From Salinispira sp. (GTDB taxonomy: Bacteria; Spirochaetota; Spirochaetia; DSM-27196; Salinispiraceae), in the NCBI GenBank assembly GCA_965602015.1, contig OZ271918.1, positions 3,805,487 through 3,869,486 on the forward strand: a stretch of 64,000 nt of DNA. The letters are read 5' to 3'. The notes below the pieces were generated by a model. The model saw only the letters and a list, made by a program, of their open reading frames with translations, ran no database searches and was not told the origin of the DNA. A program made the position numbers and the translations under genes. Positions 19,145 to 29,672 of this stretch are shown one piece after another. Numbering within the stretch: position 1 is the first letter of the stretch; each line of letters opens with the position of its first letter.

Positions 19145-20313
19145 TGTATGTGGAATTGCGAGGTGTGGGATTTATAAACAAGGGCGCAGAGCTGATGCTC
19201 TTGGCAATGGTTAAAAAAATTCGGGGGAGGTATCCGGACGCCGTTTTCGTAATGGCGCCTACAACGAAAAAAGGCAATGCTCCATATGCAAACCGTGCAA
19301 AACTCGGGTTCATGCAGAAGGCTTGGTTGTGGCGGTGGGGGCTGCCGGTCGGTGACCTGGCACGCATTTTGCCAAGGCGGATTAGGGAAATGTATGGTAT
19401 AGTGCTTGATTCCGAAATTGATGTGGTACTCGACGCAGCAGGTTTTGCCTACTCCGATCAGTGGGGAGCAAAAGATACCGTGCTTTTCGGTAAGGCGTGC
19501 AGGAGATGGCACCGCCAAGGAACGAAGGTGATACTGCTACCCCAGGCATTCGGCCCTTTCACCTCCCCAAAAATAAAAACCGGAATTTCCAATGCCGTCA
19601 AAAACTCCGACTTGGTTTTCGCAAGGGAACAGACCTCCTATGACTATCTCTGCTCTGCTGCCGGTAGCCGACTTCCGAACATGTATGTGGCGCCGGATTT
19701 TACAAATTTACTGCAGGCTGAATTGCCCGAAGATCCCTCAGAATACAAAAATAGGATTTGCATTATTCCCAACTACCGGATGATCGATAGGACCTCCAAA
19801 GAAGCAAAAGATTTATATGTCCCGCTTATGGCCAGACTGGTTTCCATGGCGCATGAGAATGGAGGACGCCCTTTTGTTTTGGTCCACGAAGGGGAGAAGG
19901 ATTACAATCTGGCTCTTGAAATAATCTCGCAATCGCAGATTTCCGCAGACATAGTTGTCGAAAGCGATCCATTGAGAGTTAAGGGGATAATCGGATTGTG
20001 CCGGGCTACAATTGGGAGCCGATTCCATGGACTTGTCAGTAGTCTTAGTCAAGGTGTTCCTGCGCTGGGCACAGGGTGGAGTCATAAATATAAAATTCTA
20101 TTTGAGGACTATGGCTGTCCGGAATCGCTTTTGCCGGTTTCAATTGACGAAGATACCTTGGCTATGCAGATGCGGAAATTGAACTCCGAGTCAGAATACG
20201 ACGAACTGCGTAAAGTAATTCTGCGGCACGGTTCCGCGCTAAAAGACAAATCGGAAAAAATGTGGACCATGGTGTTCAAAGAACTGCAAAAAACCGGAAG
20301 GGAAGATCTATGA
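19144..20313 (+). CDS. Polysaccharide pyruvyl transferase (WcaK-like)
   Basis: NKGAELML, PQAFGPF, FARE..S, GSRFHG, GWSHKY. Confidence 0.85.
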   Translation: MYVELRGVGFINKGAELMLLAMVKKIRGRYPDAVFVMAPTTKKGNAPYANRAKLGFMQKAWLWRWGLPVGDLARILPRRIREMYGIVLDSEIDVVLDAAGFAYSDQWGAKDTVLFGKACRRWHRQGTKVILLPQAFGPFTSPKIKTGISNAVKNSDLVFAREQTSYDYLCSAAGSRLPNMYVAPDFTNLLQAELPEDPSEYKNRICIIPNYRMIDRTSKEAKDLYVPLMARLVSMAHENGGRPFVLVHEGEKDYNLALEIISQSQISADIVVESDPLRVKGIIGLCRATIGSRFHGLVSSLSQGVPALGTGWSHKYKILFEDYGCPESLLPVSIDEDTLAMQMRKLNSESEYDELRKVILRHGSALKDKSEKMWTMVFKELQKTGREDL

Positions 20314-21557
20314 CAATTTCGATTATCGGATTGGGATACGTGGGATTGCCCCTCGCCCTCCAAGCAGACAGCCGGGGCTTACAGATAACCGGGGTCGATA
20401 AGAATCCAGCAGTACTTGAAGCTCTGGGTAACCGAAAATCAATGCTTAATGATAAAATCGTTACTGAATTACTTCCCAAATCCGGACTGACCCTCACCGA
20501 TCGGGTTTTCGGTTCAAAGGTCTATATCGTATGCGTCCCCACTCCTGTCGTGAATTTCCAGGAACCTGATCTACGCTTCGTTAAGTCAGCTTCCGAAGAA
20601 ATTGCATCTGTTTTACGGGATAACGATCTCGTGATAATCGAGTCCACCATCAATCCAGGCGTCTGTGAAGAAGTGGTCGCACCGATTTTAGCACGGTCAG
20701 GAAAAAAGTTCGGATTGGCGCATTGCCCGGAACGGATTAACCCCGGAGACCCAAATTGGGATGTTCGTAATATTCCGAGAGTTGTCGGAGGTTTGATGCC
20801 TGAGGATGGTGTCCGCGCAAGGGATGTTTACTCTAAAATTATCGATGCGGAAATTACTATATTGAGCCAAATCCGGGCCGCGGAAGCTACGAAAATTCTG
20901 GAGAATACGTTTCGGGATGTCAATATCGCATTCATAAATGAGATGGCCATGTCGTTTCATCGTCTTGGTATCGATATTTCCGAGGTTATCAGGGGCGCAA
21001 GCACGAAACCGTTTGCCTTCCTGCCTCATTCGCCTGGCATCGGGGTTGGCGGGCACTGCATCGCAGTGGATCCGTACTACATGATTAGCAAAGGCCGAGA
21101 GGTTGGGTTTATTCATGACTTCCTTATAGAGGCACGAAGGATTAACTCCGGGATGCCTGAGTTCGGGATTTCTGTGCTTCAGGATGGGTTGAACGAAATC
21201 GGCTTGCCAATAAACGGTACCTCGGTTTCCATTTTAGGGGTATCGTACAAACCGAATGTTGCCGACGAACGGGAGTCACCATTTTTCGAGGTGCATAGGC
21301 TCCTGAAGAAAAGGGGCGCGAAAATAACGGTTTATGATCCGCATTTCCCGCAGCTCTCCACAGTCGGTACTATGAAGGAGGCTTGTGCTTCAGCCGACGC
21401 AATAATTATCGTTACCGCACATAAAGAGTTTCTTGACGTGAGCAACTATAAGAACGTCAAGTTCATTCTGGATGGAAGGAATTGCCTGGACAGGGCAGCG
21501 GTGCAGAGCCTCGGTATTATTATCGCCGGAATCGGGATCGATAGCGAGTTAATATAA
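20310..21557 (+). CDS. UDP-N-acetylhexosamine 6-dehydrogenase (WecC/WbpA family)
   Basis: IIGLGYVGLP, CVPTP, CPERINPG, KILENTFRDVNIA, GVGGHCI. Confidence 0.9.
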   Translation: MTISIIGLGYVGLPLALQADSRGLQITGVDKNPAVLEALGNRKSMLNDKIVTELLPKSGLTLTDRVFGSKVYIVCVPTPVVNFQEPDLRFVKSASEEIASVLRDNDLVIIESTINPGVCEEVVAPILARSGKKFGLAHCPERINPGDPNWDVRNIPRVVGGLMPEDGVRARDVYSKIIDAEITILSQIRAAEATKILENTFRDVNIAFINEMAMSFHRLGIDISEVIRGASTKPFAFLPHSPGIGVGGHCIAVDPYYMISKGREVGFIHDFLIEARRINSGMPEFGISVLQDGLNEIGLPINGTSVSILGVSYKPNVADERESPFFEVHRLLKKRGAKITVYDPHFPQLSTVGTMKEACASADAIIIVTAHKEFLDVSNYKNVKFILDGRNCLDRAAVQSLGIIIAGIGIDSELI

Positions 21558-22658
21558 ATGAAAATCGCCTATCTGCTTACCTCGGATACTGCCCGCTACC
21601 TCGGCTCCACCGGAAAAATCAAAAATCAGGTGGATTCCTGGCGCAGCATGGGTCATGAGGTTGAAGTTTTTGCCCGGACCCCGGACCTTGAGCCGAGCAT
21701 TCTCGAATCCAACCGCTATGTAAAACCAAAGAGCCTGGTCGGCAGCCTGATGTTGGTTGACCGGCAGCTGCTGAAGGACATGGAGCGATTTGGGCCGGAG
21801 CTAGTGTATATCAGAAGTACGGTTCGAAACCGAACCTATGCGGCGGTTCAAAAACGCTTCCCGCATGTGATTGAGGTAAATACCCACGACCTGGATGAAT
21901 TTCGGTTTATCTGGAAACGGGAAAAATCATTACGTGCATTCTTCCGCTATATGCTCGCCGGGTTACTTCGCAGAGGGTTTTACCGGTCGGCAAACGGGCT
22001 TGTGTTTATTTCCCGGGAATTGGAAAAACGGTTCAACAGCGAGGGCCTGGTCCGCAAATCAATTGTCGTCCCGAACTCTATTACCATCGACCTTTCGGGG
22101 AATGACGTTATTAAGGAAAAAAAATCCGAATCCGGACCTATACGAATCTTTTTTATCGGATCACCGGGGATATCCTGGCACGGTGAAGACAAGCTTCTCC
22201 GGTTGTCGCAAAAACTGGGGGACGATTACGAGTTTCATATTGTCGGGCTAACGGGTGAAGACACCGAGACGGTAAAATTTTACGGATACTTGGCAAAAGA
22301 TGAGTATCAGAAAATCCTGTCGCAATGTCATATATGCTTCAGCACATTCGCCCTGCATCGAAAAAATTTACATGAATGCAGCACCATAAAATTCACCGAA
22401 TATCTGAAAGCCGGTTTTCCCGTTATTATGCCATACCGTGAGACCTGTCTTGGCGAGGGAGTGTTGCCTTCATTCGTCCTTCAAATTCCGAACGCCGAGG
22501 ACGCGGTAGAAATGCCCGGTGTGGTCGCTTCAATCGATAATTTCTGCCGCGAAAACCGGCAGGTCATAGTGCCGCCCGAGAAGGCATCAGACATTGTCGG
22601 TTCACAAAAGTGGGAAGCTGAGCGCCTGGCGTTTTTGTCGGCTTCCCGGAAATCCTGA
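21558..22658 (+). CDS. Glycosyltransferase, GT4-like
   Basis: GKIKNQ..W...GHEV, WHGEDK, KFTEYLKAGFPV. Confidence 0.75.
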   Translation: MKIAYLLTSDTARYLGSTGKIKNQVDSWRSMGHEVEVFARTPDLEPSILESNRYVKPKSLVGSLMLVDRQLLKDMERFGPELVYIRSTVRNRTYAAVQKRFPHVIEVNTHDLDEFRFIWKREKSLRAFFRYMLAGLLRRGFYRSANGLVFISRELEKRFNSEGLVRKSIVVPNSITIDLSGNDVIKEKKSESGPIRIFFIGSPGISWHGEDKLLRLSQKLGDDYEFHIVGLTGEDTETVKFYGYLAKDEYQKILSQCHICFSTFALHRKNLHECSTIKFTEYLKAGFPVIMPYRETCLGEGVLPSFVLQIPNAEDAVEMPGVVASIDNFCRENRQVIVPPEKASDIVGSQKWEAERLAFLSASRKS

Positions 22659-22676
22659 CGTAAAGAAAAGGATTGT

Positions 22677-23963
22677 ATGATTCTGAGTAATAACCCCTTC
22701 TGGAAAGATCAAAGCTCCGTTATTTTCAAGGTTTACCCGTGGCTAAGCCTTGCATTGCTAACGGCGTTGTCAATTTTATATGCATTCCGTTGGCCAATGA
22801 GTACGATTGCGCCTTTTGGCGCGGCATTTCTTCTTGTTGCCTTGGGATTGCTCTTTGAGAACATCAATCCCCAGTTCTCCGAATTGAGAACCATGGGTGT
22901 TGAGCTGACCATCCTATACGGCTTTTTGTTCTGGACACTTTTAACTCCGTTGTTTTCCGTTCTCGACCTAAACTCATTTATTGTTACCACGGTGGCAATT
23001 TTGTTTACAAGTTTTCTGCTCTATTTTCTCATCCTGATTCTGAACACAGAGAATCATGAGCAATTACTGCACGGAATCTTTCTTGCTGGCGGAATACTGG
23101 TTTTTGGCGTCGTAGCCGTTATCGCATATCGGGGGTATATCGACAGGGATATCCATTGGCTGCGGGCGGTAACCAACATCGATTCCCTGGACTCTGAGTT
23201 GGCGCGCCAAAAAAATATTTATGGAAGCGTGTTGATGGTTTCGACGGTTTCCGCCCTGTATTTCTTTTTGAGCACCCGCGGACTTTTGACTAAAGCATTT
23301 TTTGCAGTTTTAACTATTATTCAGGGAGCCATGGTTCTTTTTATATCTTCACGAACCGCTCTTCTCATGGTAGTCGCCGCCATCGGCTTTTTCCTTCTTC
23401 AACGCCTGCTGCCTCGGGTGGCTAAAATTGCCCTCATTATCGGGTTGGTTCTATTGGTTTTGCTGATCAGCGCCCTGCTAGTCAGTGAGGCGCTGGTGAC
23501 CATGCTGGATGAGAGTATCGTTTTGAAAAACATCCTTACGCACCGCAGTAATCTGTGGGCAGCCTCAATTCAGTTTATTGAAGAATCTCCATGGGGTGCG
23601 GGAGTAAACGGGGACGATGACGCAATCATGCAGTATCTCGAGACAAGAAGATACTTAAAAGGATACGATCCTCATAATACCGTCCTGCGATACGGGGTCT
23701 CCTACGGCCTTGTAGCCATGTTTGGCTTTCTTCTGGTTTCGTCCCTTCCGGTGCTCACCCTGCCTGGAGGCAAGCTGACGGTATTTCATTCCTCCATGCT
23801 GGCGATATATGTGGGTTTTATTGTCTACCAGATTGCAGAAGTTGTCCTGTTGGGGGGAGTTTCCTGGAAGAGCATGGTCTATACAATTTCATTTCTTGTT
23901 CTATTAATTGAGAACAGGCGGCATGCTTCGAAAACCAATGGTGCGGAAAATACGCGGCAATGA
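22677..23963 (+). CDS. O-antigen polymerase/ligase family membrane protein (Wzy/WaaL-like)
   Basis: About 12 TM segments, SSRTA, R..LW...I...PWGAG, DPHNT. Confidence 0.8.
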   Translation: MILSNNPFWKDQSSVIFKVYPWLSLALLTALSILYAFRWPMSTIAPFGAAFLLVALGLLFENINPQFSELRTMGVELTILYGFLFWTLLTPLFSVLDLNSFIVTTVAILFTSFLLYFLILILNTENHEQLLHGIFLAGGILVFGVVAVIAYRGYIDRDIHWLRAVTNIDSLDSELARQKNIYGSVLMVSTVSALYFFLSTRGLLTKAFFAVLTIIQGAMVLFISSRTALLMVVAAIGFFLLQRLLPRVAKIALIIGLVLLVLLISALLVSEALVTMLDESIVLKNILTHRSNLWAASIQFIEESPWGAGVNGDDDAIMQYLETRRYLKGYDPHNTVLRYGVSYGLVAMFGFLLVSSLPVLTLPGGKLTVFHSSMLAIYVGFIVYQIAEVVLLGGVSWKSMVYTISFLVLLIENRRHASKTNGAENTRQ

Positions 23964-25027
23964 AACTGCTGATTGTCCAAAATTATTGGACTCCCTACAG
24001 AAATGCCCTGTTTAACCATCTCGCTGAGAAGGTAGAGCTGGAGGTCATCTATTTGTCTCCGGTCGATGAGCAAAGAAAGTGGCGGGCGGAAAATAGCGCC
24101 TACCCCCACAGGGTGTTGCCCGCTCGCAGGTTCTCCAGGTTCGTGATCAGCAAGTTCCCCGCAGATTTTAGGGTGGATGCTGATATGTGTGTGCTGCCGG
24201 AAATTGTGTTCAATGTTGTTTCCATTTTGCAAATAAAAAAGCAGGTGGAACGCCGGGGGATTCCTTGTATTATATGGAGCGGTGAGGCAAGGGATTTACC
24301 GGTTCGCGGAAGCATGAACCGGGCGATTGCGAATATGCTGAAGCATATATTTCGCAAGCGACTTTACAAGTCCGCCGACAGGTTTTGGGCTTATTGTAGG
24401 CGCACCCGGGATTTCCTCGTCGAAAATGAAGTTTCCCTGAGCATGATAGATATCATCCCCCAGGCATTTCCCGATCCGCCTGACCTTTCCCGCGACCGAA
24501 CCTACAGGCAGGACGATACGGTAAAGTTTGTTTACATCGGTTATTTGAGACCTGAAAAAAACCTCCTTTGTTTTATACAGGTGTTCAACAGATTTTCCGC
24601 TCAACATAGGGCTGAGCTGAGCATTGTCGGTTCAGGCCCCCTGGAAGAACGCTTGAGAGAAATCGCCGGCGATAGCATCCGATTTTACGGCTACTTAACT
24701 GGTGAGGAAAAATACCGCGTCCTTCTGGACTCCGATGTACTGGTGCTGCCCTCGCTCCGGGAGCCCTGGGGATTCACGGTAAATGAAGCCGTGTACTATG
24801 GTCTGCCGGTAATGGTCAGTTCGGTTGCCGGAGCGAAGGATATGGTTGATAAAAACGGCGTGTTGATCGACCCTCTTTCAGAAAAGAGTATGGAGGAAGC
24901 CCTGGTCTTTTTCTCTGATGCCCCGGGAGATTTTCAGAATTTGTCGCAACACAGCAGGGAAATTTACCGTCGCTATACCATCGATAAGGCGCGGGATTGT
25001 ATAGAGGAATCAATCAAGAGCATATGA
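23960..25027 (+). CDS. Glycosyltransferase family 4
   Basis: TPYRNALF, EKNL, LPSLREPWGFTVNEA. Confidence 0.9.
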   Translation: MKLLIVQNYWTPYRNALFNHLAEKVELEVIYLSPVDEQRKWRAENSAYPHRVLPARRFSRFVISKFPADFRVDADMCVLPEIVFNVVSILQIKKQVERRGIPCIIWSGEARDLPVRGSMNRAIANMLKHIFRKRLYKSADRFWAYCRRTRDFLVENEVSLSMIDIIPQAFPDPPDLSRDRTYRQDDTVKFVYIGYLRPEKNLLCFIQVFNRFSAQHRAELSIVGSGPLEERLREIAGDSIRFYGYLTGEEKYRVLLDSDVLVLPSLREPWGFTVNEAVYYGLPVMVSSVAGAKDMVDKNGVLIDPLSEKSMEEALVFFSDAPGDFQNLSQHSREIYRRYTIDKARDCIEESIKSI

Positions 25028-26253
25028 AGATTCTCTATATAAATGATTACTCCAGCATGGGCGGTGCTGAAGCGGTTCTCCAGGAACTCATAGAACACTT
25101 CTCAGTTGAGCATGAGGTGAAAACGTTTTTTCCCGGTGATTACGGCGGCAAGCGATCCCTGGTTTCGTATATATGGAATCGTAAGGCCAACAAGGCCCTT
25201 GCCAAGATATTGCATGAATTTCAGCCCGATTCGGTTCACGTAAAAAATTATTATCAACAGCACAGCCCGTCAATTCTCGCTGTATTAAAAAAGTACAAAA
25301 CTGTATGCCCTGTGAGAATTATTTATACCGCCCATGACATGCATCTGTTGGGTCCGGGGAGCGGCATGCTCACCTTCAGGGGACGGGAGCGAAAAGCGCA
25401 CCGGGAACCCCTGGTGCGGCCGGGCCTTCTGAAAAGCATTTTTCTTTTGTGGGATTACCGGGGACGGATGTACAGCCTGTTAAAAAGCCTGCAGTGGTTA
25501 CTGCATTATCGGCTGCAATCTGCGGATTCTGTATTTGACGAAGTGCTCGTCCCGAGTGTGTTTCTGGCAGACGCCCTCCGACCGGTACTGCAGTGCCCGG
25601 TGCGGACAGTCAGAAACCCCCTGGATGTTGCCGGCATAAAAAGTCAGATAGTATCCCCTTCGGGCAAAAAAAGCACTTGTGCAGAAAACCCGCAACCTGT
25701 CAGGTTCGTATTCGCCGGGCGGTTGGCAGCCGACAAGGGACTAATCCCCTTCTTGCAGCGAATCCCGGAACGCGTTTATCCGTTGCTGGAACTTCATATA
25801 TACGGAGATGGCCCTCTGAAAAGCCAGATTCAAAGGCTTGCCATTCAGAGAGGAATGGGGAATATTGTAAAGCTCCATGGGAAGGTCGGGAATGACCTTC
25901 TTCGAAAAGAACTCTCAGGCTACGACGCCCTGTTTCTGTCTTCGGTGGTGTACGAAAACGCTCCGGTGAGCATTATGGAAGCCGCCCTGTCGGGATTACG
26001 CATTTTCTGTCCGTCAGTGGGGGGAATGAAAGAGATGGCCGAACTGGTCGGCGGCGGGTATCTTTATTCCCAGGGAGACCAGTGTGATTTTATTGATGCC
26101 CTGGATAAGCTGATTGTCGACGTGCAAAACGCAATTCCATTACGGCGGGACACCGATTGGACTAAGGAATTTGAAGCAGTGCGGGTTTTTGCCGAACATC
26201 TGGTAGTATATTCAGGCCACCAAACGATAGAAGACGGAGAAAGCCGTGGTTAA
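25024..26253 (+). CDS. Glycosyltransferase family 4
   Basis: MKILYIN..GGAE, TAHD, GRLAADKG, YENAPVSIMEA; ATG overlaps upstream stop. Confidence 0.88.
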   Translation: MKILYINDYSSMGGAEAVLQELIEHFSVEHEVKTFFPGDYGGKRSLVSYIWNRKANKALAKILHEFQPDSVHVKNYYQQHSPSILAVLKKYKTVCPVRIIYTAHDMHLLGPGSGMLTFRGRERKAHREPLVRPGLLKSIFLLWDYRGRMYSLLKSLQWLLHYRLQSADSVFDEVLVPSVFLADALRPVLQCPVRTVRNPLDVAGIKSQIVSPSGKKSTCAENPQPVRFVFAGRLAADKGLIPFLQRIPERVYPLLELHIYGDGPLKSQIQRLAIQRGMGNIVKLHGKVGNDLLRKELSGYDALFLSSVVYENAPVSIMEAALSGLRIFCPSVGGMKEMAELVGGGYLYSQGDQCDFIDALDKLIVDVQNAIPLRRDTDWTKEFEAVRVFAEHLVVYSGHQTIEDGESRG

Positions 26254-27358
26254 CGTTTTGCACGTTGGAAAATACTATCCTCCCGACCATGGCGGCATCG
26301 AACAGGTGACCCGCGATACGGTGCGCGCGCTGACCAGCGCCGGCGGCTATACCCAAAAGGTTATTGCTTTCGGAAAAAATCACGCCACCAGCGTCAACAT
26401 GCAGGACGGAGCAGAAATTATCCGCTTGCCTCAGAAGCTGGTTATTGATTCCCAGCCCTTGTCCTTGAGTTATGTGGTTAAAATATTCCGGGAAGTGCCA
26501 AAAGCCGGTCTTCTGCACATTCATCTTCCAAATCCTTTCGCCGCTCTGGCGGTGCTGCTCAGGAATACCAAAAAACTTAAGATTGTCGTGCACTGGCATT
26601 CCGACGTGGTCCGCCAGCGATTCTTCAAATGGCTGGCAGACAAGGTGCAAAGGGCTCTTGTCAAAAGGGCGTCGGTGGTATTGGCAACTACCCAAAATTA
26701 TGCCCGGTATTCCGATGTAATTAAGGATTTTCCTGAGAAAACAGCAATTCTGCCGTGCGCTGTAGAAAACGATAAGTACGGGGATCTTTCCAGATTTTCC
26801 ACGCATCACAGGTCTGAAAAAGGCATCAGGCAAGTGATGTTTGTAGGAAGGCATGTGGAATACAAGGGCATCGATATCCTCATCGAAGCGGCAAATGCCT
26901 GGCCTGAAAATATTGAGGTGGTAATTGCGGGAGACGGCCCCCTGCGGCCTGAACTGGAAAAACGGGTGCGAAATCCCCGGATTCGCTTCGTTGGAGCCCC
27001 CAACGATGAAGAGCTTGCCCTTATGTTCCATACCTCAGATCTCTTCATTTTGCCGTCCCGCACAAAAAATGAAGCGTTTGGAATCGTGATCGGTGAGGCT
27101 CTGAGTTTTGGGCTCCCGGTGGTGTGTTTCAACATACCCGGTTCCGGAGTAAGTTGGGTAAATCAACATGGAATCACCGGTGAAGTGGTAGATGAACTTA
27201 GTCCGGAGGCCCTGAGCACCACAGTGCTTGGCCTATTATCGGATGAGAAACGATTAGCCGAGTACTCAAAAAACGCGATTGCCTGGTATGACCAGCAGTT
27301 ATCAATGGATGCCTACAGGAAACATGTTTTGGAAATCTACAGGGATATACAGAAATGA
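26246..27358 (+). CDS. Glycosyltransferase family 4
   Basis: GKYYPPDHGGIE, HLPNP, HWHSD, YKG, EAFGIVIGEA. Confidence 0.9.
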   Translation: MVNVLHVGKYYPPDHGGIEQVTRDTVRALTSAGGYTQKVIAFGKNHATSVNMQDGAEIIRLPQKLVIDSQPLSLSYVVKIFREVPKAGLLHIHLPNPFAALAVLLRNTKKLKIVVHWHSDVVRQRFFKWLADKVQRALVKRASVVLATTQNYARYSDVIKDFPEKTAILPCAVENDKYGDLSRFSTHHRSEKGIRQVMFVGRHVEYKGIDILIEAANAWPENIEVVIAGDGPLRPELEKRVRNPRIRFVGAPNDEELALMFHTSDLFILPSRTKNEAFGIVIGEALSFGLPVVCFNIPGSGVSWVNQHGITGEVVDELSPEALSTTVLGLLSDEKRLAEYSKNAIAWYDQQLSMDAYRKHVLEIYRDIQK

Positions 27359-28206
27359 GTCAGAATAACAGTACTGCGCTTGATTTAGCGCTGGTGACGG
27401 TAAGGCGGCGAAAAAAGGCGCTGATAGCAGGCAGCGGGGCAATTTTCCTGCTATCCCTCCTGTTGGCTCTGGCTTTTCGCTCTCATCCGCTCCTGGCCGG
27501 AAGTCCGCGCTATGCTACCGAGGCAAAATTTTCCATGGAGTTTGTAGACCCCCGTCTACCGGCTCTGTTCCCCGGTGGAGTATATGATTCACTCATGGAA
27601 AAGGGATCCGAGGCTGCGTTCCTCTCCCGCTTCTACGATTTTGCCCTTGCTAATTCCGGGCGTGATATTTCGATTGAGAATCGGGAGCAGTGGGCGCTCA
27701 GTCTAAGAGAACAGCAGCGGTTTTCTCTCATTTTCCTTCCCGGGGCTCCTCAGCTTCGAGTAACCGTGACCGATGAAGACCCCCGATACCCCGGGCTTTT
27801 TATTGATGAGTTTATTCCGGAGCTCACGGCTCTTCTGCGAGACCAACTGCGAGACCAATTTGCGTTTTCAATGGAGAGGTATCAAAATACTAATGAAGAA
27901 TACCGGCGGACCTCAAGCGGAATTCTCGGTCAGCCTGTGCGTCAAATTGAAGCCGGCGCGCTTCGCACAGAGCCCACAGGTGGTCGATTCATGAGTTATA
28001 TTAGGGCAGTCTACTCGCTCAATGCCCTTCAGGAACTCGCCGACGGGCCGTTGGTAAACTTCGCAGTCTATGAGGTTGAAGAAAGGACCATTAATCCTCC
28101 TCCAGTTTCTCTCGTCGAGTTGATGTTTGTTGTATTTCTCGTTTTAGAGTTGTTTTTTCTGCTGTCACTGATGGTTATTGAAGGTCGGAGGGCAAGCCTG
28201 GCATGA
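27355..28206 (+). CDS. Wzz-like chain-length regulator (two TM anchors)
   Basis: N- and C-terminal TM helices flanking a periplasmic helical region; Pro-rich stretch before TM2; position in the Wzx/Wzy block. Confidence 0.55.
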   Translation: MSQNNSTALDLALVTVRRRKKALIAGSGAIFLLSLLLALAFRSHPLLAGSPRYATEAKFSMEFVDPRLPALFPGGVYDSLMEKGSEAAFLSRFYDFALANSGRDISIENREQWALSLREQQRFSLIFLPGAPQLRVTVTDEDPRYPGLFIDEFIPELTALLRDQLRDQFAFSMERYQNTNEEYRRTSSGILGQPVRQIEAGALRTEPTGGRFMSYIRAVYSLNALQELADGPLVNFAVYEVEERTINPPPVSLVELMFVVFLVLELFFLLSLMVIEGRRASLA

Positions 28207-29672
28207 TGGCTCGGCTCGCCGCCAGGAATGTTTGGCGTTACCGCAACAAGATCCTACCGATTATTCTCGCTCAGGTGCTGGTGTTCGGCGTTCTCTTTTA
28301 TCTCAACGCCGTGGTATCGCAAATAAACGCGCGTTTCGAAAGTGAACTGGAAGCAAAACTCACCGGCGATTTCGTAATCTCACAGCGGGTTGATGGGACA
28401 AATTTCAATCTTTTTGGCAACGATGAGCTTCTTATCGGCCGCTACTTCCAACAGCCCGTGCTTCGTCATTCCAATGCGATCATTGATGCGCTGGAGTCAC
28501 ATAACAGTATTCACGATGTAACCGGCGTGGTGAGTCTGCTTGCCCAGGGGAATTTTAACAGGTTTACCGAGAACATCGTTATCCTCGGCGTAGACTACGG
28601 CGATTTTGCCGGTTTCTTCGAAGAGGCAGTCTTCAAAGAGGGGTCATTTCCCGCACCGGGAGAATCCGGGCTGGTTATGTTTAACCAATTCTCTGAAATT
28701 GTCCAAAGGTTGAACCATCGGGCGCCGGGACTCGGCGATCCTATAGTGATTACCAGCTCAAATGACAATTTGTTTACCATTCGAGAAGCTCCGCTGTCCG
28801 GAGTGTACAAAATGGAAACCACCGACGAAATATTTGCCCGGCTTACTCTGCTGGATATCGGGACTGCCCGACAGCTTGCTGATCTCAACAATGATAATGC
28901 CGATAGCGAGCCGGGCTCAACGCCAATAGCATCAGACCCGTCAAATCTCGATGATCTGTTCGGCGAATCAGATGTGAGCGATGCATCATCTGAAGAGAGC
29001 GGGGGAGAGGGTTCGGTACTCGATCTACTCGGATCTGGCTTTTTTAACCCTGCCGCACAATCCGAGATCAACCAGGATTTCAAACAGGGCGACGTTCATT
29101 TCTTGTTGATAGATGCGCCGGCAGTTGCAGGGGTGAATGAAATCCGGCGAATACTCTCTGAAGCGGGAATAAACGCCGACGATGTACTTGTAAGGGGCTG
29201 GAGGGATTCATTGGGGGGCAACTTCCTCGTCCTGTGGATTCTCCAGCTATTCATAAACGCCGGACTCCTTTTTATTCTCGGAGCAACGGTGTTTATATCC
29301 GGAAACACGTTGATGATAAGTGTCATGGATCGCTACAAGGAGTTCGGCACTATACGGGCAGTGGGCGGAACCCAGCGCTTTGTTTCCCGGATGGTTTTTT
29401 TGGAATACCTGGTTATAGCTGTTTTTGTGCTTGGTTTTGGTTTGACATTCGGTTGGCTTCTTTCGCAGGCTTTTGCGGGAGTCGAACTGGATATTGCCAA
29501 CAGTTTTATCCAAAGTCTATTCGGGGGAACCAATCTGAACGTGCGCTTCACTGCCGCCCAGGCGCTGCTTTATGCCGCTGGGTATCTGTTACTGAGTTTT
29601 GCCTTTCTCATCAAACCCATGATGTATGTTACCCGGGTTTCTCCTGTCCAGGCCCTGAGGATTGAGGCGTGA
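28203..29672 (+). CDS. FtsX/LolE-like ABC transporter permease
   Basis: LAARNVWR, large periplasmic loop, DRYKEFGTIRAVG, SPVQALR. Confidence 0.88.
   Translation: MMARLAARNVWRYRNKILPIILAQVLVFGVLFYLNAVVSQINARFESELEAKLTGDFVISQRVDGTNFNLFGNDELLIGRYFQQPVLRHSNAIIDALESHNSIHDVTGVVSLLAQGNFNRFTENIVILGVDYGDFAGFFEEAVFKEGSFPAPGESGLVMFNQFSEIVQRLNHRAPGLGDPIVITSSNDNLFTIREAPLSGVYKMETTDEIFARLTLLDIGTARQLADLNNDNADSEPGSTPIASDPSNLDDLFGESDVSDASSEESGGEGSVLDLLGSGFFNPAAQSEINQDFKQGDVHFLLIDAPAVAGVNEIRRILSEAGINADDVLVRGWRDSLGGNFLVLWILQLFINAGLLFILGATVFISGNTLMISVMDRYKEFGTIRAVGGTQRFVSRMVFLEYLVIAVFVLGFGLTFGWLLSQAFAGVELDIANSFIQSLFGGTNLNVRFTAAQALLYAAGYLLLSFAFLIKPMMYVTRVSPVQALRIEA

Noticed and set aside
26162..27031. 289-aa minus-strand ORF
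   Set aside because: Antisense shadow of a clear GT4 gene.
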